Of a DNA stretch of 64,000 nucleotides, positions 61,101 to 64,000 are shown one piece after another (the stretch's first letter is position 1; every line of letters begins with the position of its first letter). Origin of the DNA: Takakia lepidozioides (lineage: Eukaryota; Plantae; Bryophyta); the NCBI GenBank assembly GCA_030704615.1, contig CM060731.1:24924001-24988000 (forward strand), written 5' to 3'. The translations under genes were made by a program, and so were the position numbers. Under the pieces are notes generated by a model. It worked only from the letters and a program-made list of their open reading frames with translations. It did not search any database and was not told the DNA's origin.

Positions 61101-63722
61101 GCTAAGTCCCTGGACGGCAATAGGGCCTAGAACTGGAAAACGGCGCCGAATTTCCAGTTCCGGGCCAGCCACACTAGGGACTTAGCCCGAAAATGGCTAA
61201 GTCCCTGAACGGCAATAGGGCCTGGAACTGGAAAATGGCGCCGAATTTCCAGTTCCGGGCCAGCCAGTCTAGGGACTTTGCCATTTTCGGAGCCCTGACT
61301 GGAAATTCGGCGCCATTTTCCCTAACACCACTTAGGCCTCTAACATCCTGAAATGCCAGGACTTGAAAGAAAGGCAGCGCGTATGTACCTGTACAGAAGG
61401 CGCATTGCTGCTTTGTCCGCGTTCGGCTGGTCGGTGAACTCGTGGCTCCGGCGAGCATCTGCTATCTCCCGAAAGAATAGGTTGGTTTTGTAGAGCAGAA
61501 AGTACCTCGTCACATAGTCACGCAGGCTCTCTGCTGCAGGAGATATCTCCATCTTGAACTGATGTGCTTGTGTGTCCAGCTGCTCTTGCGCATTCGTCGT
61601 CACCTGTGGAGATTGTCCATCAGATCGCTTTCCTCAAAAAATACAATGAATCAACCCCCTACTAGAGTACAAGCCCCAAACGAAGCGTGGGGAAGTACCT
61701 GAAACCACCATGTCATGCGGTTCATCCACATGTCGAATGTGGGGTCAGAGAGTTTGTCCGGTTTGGGGAAGCTCCACATGTCCCTGGTACTTTGGGAACC
61801 ATTCCAGATTTGGAGCCACCGGGTCTGTCCAACCACCCAGCATATTCGTAAGCGCCAAACACCACAAAAAGGAGTTGTTGCCACCACAATTTGGTTAAGA
61901 ATGTATCACCTTTTCTGTTGCATCCACACAGGATGTGGCTAGACGATGGAGCTTCTCCAATGTCATCGTGGGCTTCAGAGCGCGAGAGTAGTGCTTTCCC
62001 ACCTCCACCAGAAAGTCGGCACCAAGGCGGGATCAGCTATGGCCACGTACTTTACCATCCGCGACTTGTACTTTATGCGGGCCCTCACCTCCGCAGCTTT
62101 GACATACGATTCGAGTTCCGGGAGGGTTGGATTCTTCTCCTCTGACTCCATGTAGAACCTCCGCGCATGTGCCAAATCCTGCTGTATTTTCGTCTGTCGA
62201 AAAGCAGCACATAAGATTAGAGATCCTGCTCAACACAATTTCTTCTATTGGGGGAGGAGAGACAAATTAGCTCAACAAAACTGCAGGAGCTTTACCCGAA
62301 ATATGTAGTCCACCATGGCGTCGACGCTCAGCCTATACCAGGTTCTGTCTGCCTTTGCCTCCGACTTGCGCAGGAGGTCGGCACTGAGGGAATTGGCAAA
62401 CTCTTCCACCCCCTGCCTCCCGACATCCTTCACTCGGAAGAGCATATGGGACAAGTTGGTGGCAATGAAGGCATTCTCAGTCACCCTGCAGTGCCACATT
62501 TCCATCAAACAATACTGAAATGGGAATTTTCATCATATATGAGGATTCGCAATGAAATGACTTCCAAATTCAAAGTCCAAAAGCGAGAGGGGTTGTAGCT
62601 TACGAGTTGATGTCGGCCATTGCAGCTTTGAGAAGACTGCGATCTTTGGGCCCGCAACCTTCAGCACAACACAATCGACGGCGAAATGCCAATCGAGATC
62701 GTTGGGGTGGGCTTGGGCAATGTGCTCCATCCATGCCAGGAGGCGATGATTGCCGTCCCACACGTAGAACATCTTACCGGACATGTGCTGGAAAAGAGGA
62801 TCACTAGCAATCGATCTCTCGAACTCCTCATTTCGCGTTTGCCAATGGGGACCCCATTTGTCCACCTCATCGGAAGTGTGGGCACGGGAAGCTCCGTGGT
62901 CGTTCTCAATGGAAACGTAAAAGGCGGCAGACCCCATTCGATATCCATCCCGGAAAGAGAATTTCAGCTTGTCGATATCGCCTGGGAGGGCAGGTCTCAC
63001 CACCTGCAATGACACCAAGCGGCAAAGGGGAATTCGAAGCTTGGCCGGGTACACCATGCCCCCCAGCACCCTGCCAATGTTGCTGTGGGTTGCCTCCAAC
63101 ATCTTGGCAGCGGCCAACTTCATATCCGCCTCAGACATGACGACGTCTGCTGCAGAGGGTTTTCCGGCAGCCCACCAAGACCGCCAAATCCAGCCTGTAT
63201 GCTCCGGGTTTGGGGCCTGGGGATGTCCGGGGAGAATGTCATCCTGGTCAGAAACATCCATGTCGTCCTCCTCAACAGGGTCAGCCACCTGCGAAACCAC
63301 CTCCAGCACTCTCGTCGTCTCTACTGCCCTCTCCCTGGCTTCACCTCGAACTTGCACAATCGGTGCTCTTTCAGGTGTTCTTTCCTCTCCTCCACTCTCC
63401 ACCGTATGGGTAATTGCGGGGGCTGCACTTGCCCGCGATGGTCTAACCGGTGTGCTACTGCCTCTCTCTGTGTGTGTCTTGTAGGGATCCACCTCTCTGT
63501 GTGTCCCTCGCTTACATTGGCATCTGTCATTTGGGCACCCCGGGCCTCTTCAGCTGCCTTTTGTCTTTCCTCCTTGCTAGCATTCTGTCTCGTCTGTTCT
63601 TTTGCCCTCTCTTTTGCCCTCTCACGGGCTTTCTGTTTCTTACTAGGGCTAGCAACAGGGGAGCCCTCCAGGACGACCACCTTTGATTGAGGCGAACTGA
63701 CACCCTCGCGCGCACTGCTCAC
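58145..63722 (-). CDS. Spliced gene: ParB/Srx-like domain + beta-class amino (N4C/N6A) DNA methyltransferase-like domain; several 1-nt frameshifts; 5' end uncertain
   Basis: Exons 62604->63722, 62296-62485, 61910-62178, 61699-~61845, 61389-61603, 59369-60493, 59017-59280, 58734-58932, 58145-58604. Boundaries are GT-AG and phase-consistent except the acceptor near 61845. ParB motif FYVWDGNHRLLAW (DGNHR at 62743-62757). MTase motif IV DMILLDIPDG (DIPD at 59615-59626) precedes motif I-II ILDLTCGTG|ASMWAGTLSDRHVFAFEPD. Confidence 0.75.
60521..61290. repeat. Intronic tandem array of eight ~95-bp palindromic units
   Basis: Units start at 60521, 60616, 60711, 60806, 60902, 60997, 61092 and 61187. 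Each has CTAAGTCCCT...GGCCTGGAACTGGAA..(C/T)GGCGCCG..TTCCAGTTCCGGGCC...AGGGACTTAG. The array lies in intron 60494-61388. Confidence 0.95.
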
Positions 63723-64000
63723 TCCCCCCTCCGCAGCCCGTGACTGCTCTCTCTCGCGGGGATTGCATGTGCTTAGCTTTCTTCTTTTCTTCTTTGCGTG
63801 GCGGGCCCTACTGCATGTGCATGAACAACCTCCATTGCCGGATCTGCTGTCCTCATGTCCTCACGCCCTTCACCTGCCATGCCGCCTGCACCAACCTCCC
63901 CAATGCCTACTCTATCGTAATCTCGTTGCAAGTCCTCCCGTCCACCAACAAAAGATTTAAGTTTGCCCTCTCTCGCCCCAAGTTGGGCGATTCAAACATG

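Larger units (their letters stand above)
57923..64000 (-). mobile_element. Unclassified inserted element (probable DNA transposon) carrying a ParB-methyltransferase gene; extends beyond the window
   Basis: Sharp junction inside gag. Terminus GGGGGGCTGCTATTT with subterminal (C)ATGAGC x4 and CACGGAAATAGGGT x2. No transposase and no second terminus in the window. Confidence 0.6.

Noticed and set aside
60527-61185. Short repeated ORFs on both strands (MAKSLDGN..., MAGPELEI...)
   Set aside because: By-products of the tandem array inside intron 60494-61388.
60521-61290. CRISPR array
   Set aside because: Units are contiguous near-identical 95-mers with no unique spacers, there are no cas genes, and the context is a eukaryotic intron.
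57923-64000. Bacterial or phage contamination as the source of the ParB-MTase
   Set aside because: The gene is split by multiple phase-consistent GT-AG introns and is joined directly to a plant retrotransposon gag.

Overview
Eukaryotic, intron-containing plant DNA, probably from a non-seed land plant such as a bryophyte or lycophyte (inferred from gene and TE content). The left ~26 kb is genic: a single-exon type I MADS-box gene (+), a multi-exon TPR + SGNH-hydrolase gene (-), a six-exon cinnamyl alcohol dehydrogenase gene (-), a Mutator-like non-autonomous element and a duplicated degenerate fragment. The right ~38 kb is a nest of transposons. A Ty3/Gypsy element with a complete DNMT3-like C5-cytosine methyltransferase domain between protease and RT has been hit three times by a second, non-chromoviral Gypsy family. 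One of those copies is full length (41825-55029, GAAGC target-site duplication), and the family carries extra ORFs on both sides of gag-pol. The third copy is itself cut at ~57923 by an unrelated element carrying a spliced gene for a ParB/Srx domain fused to a beta-class N4C/N6A-type DNA methyltransferase. One intron of that gene holds eight tandem 95-bp palindromes. The two transposon-borne methyltransferases of different chemistry are the main points of interest. Many single-base frameshifts right of ~47 kb may be consensus errors rather than real mutations.
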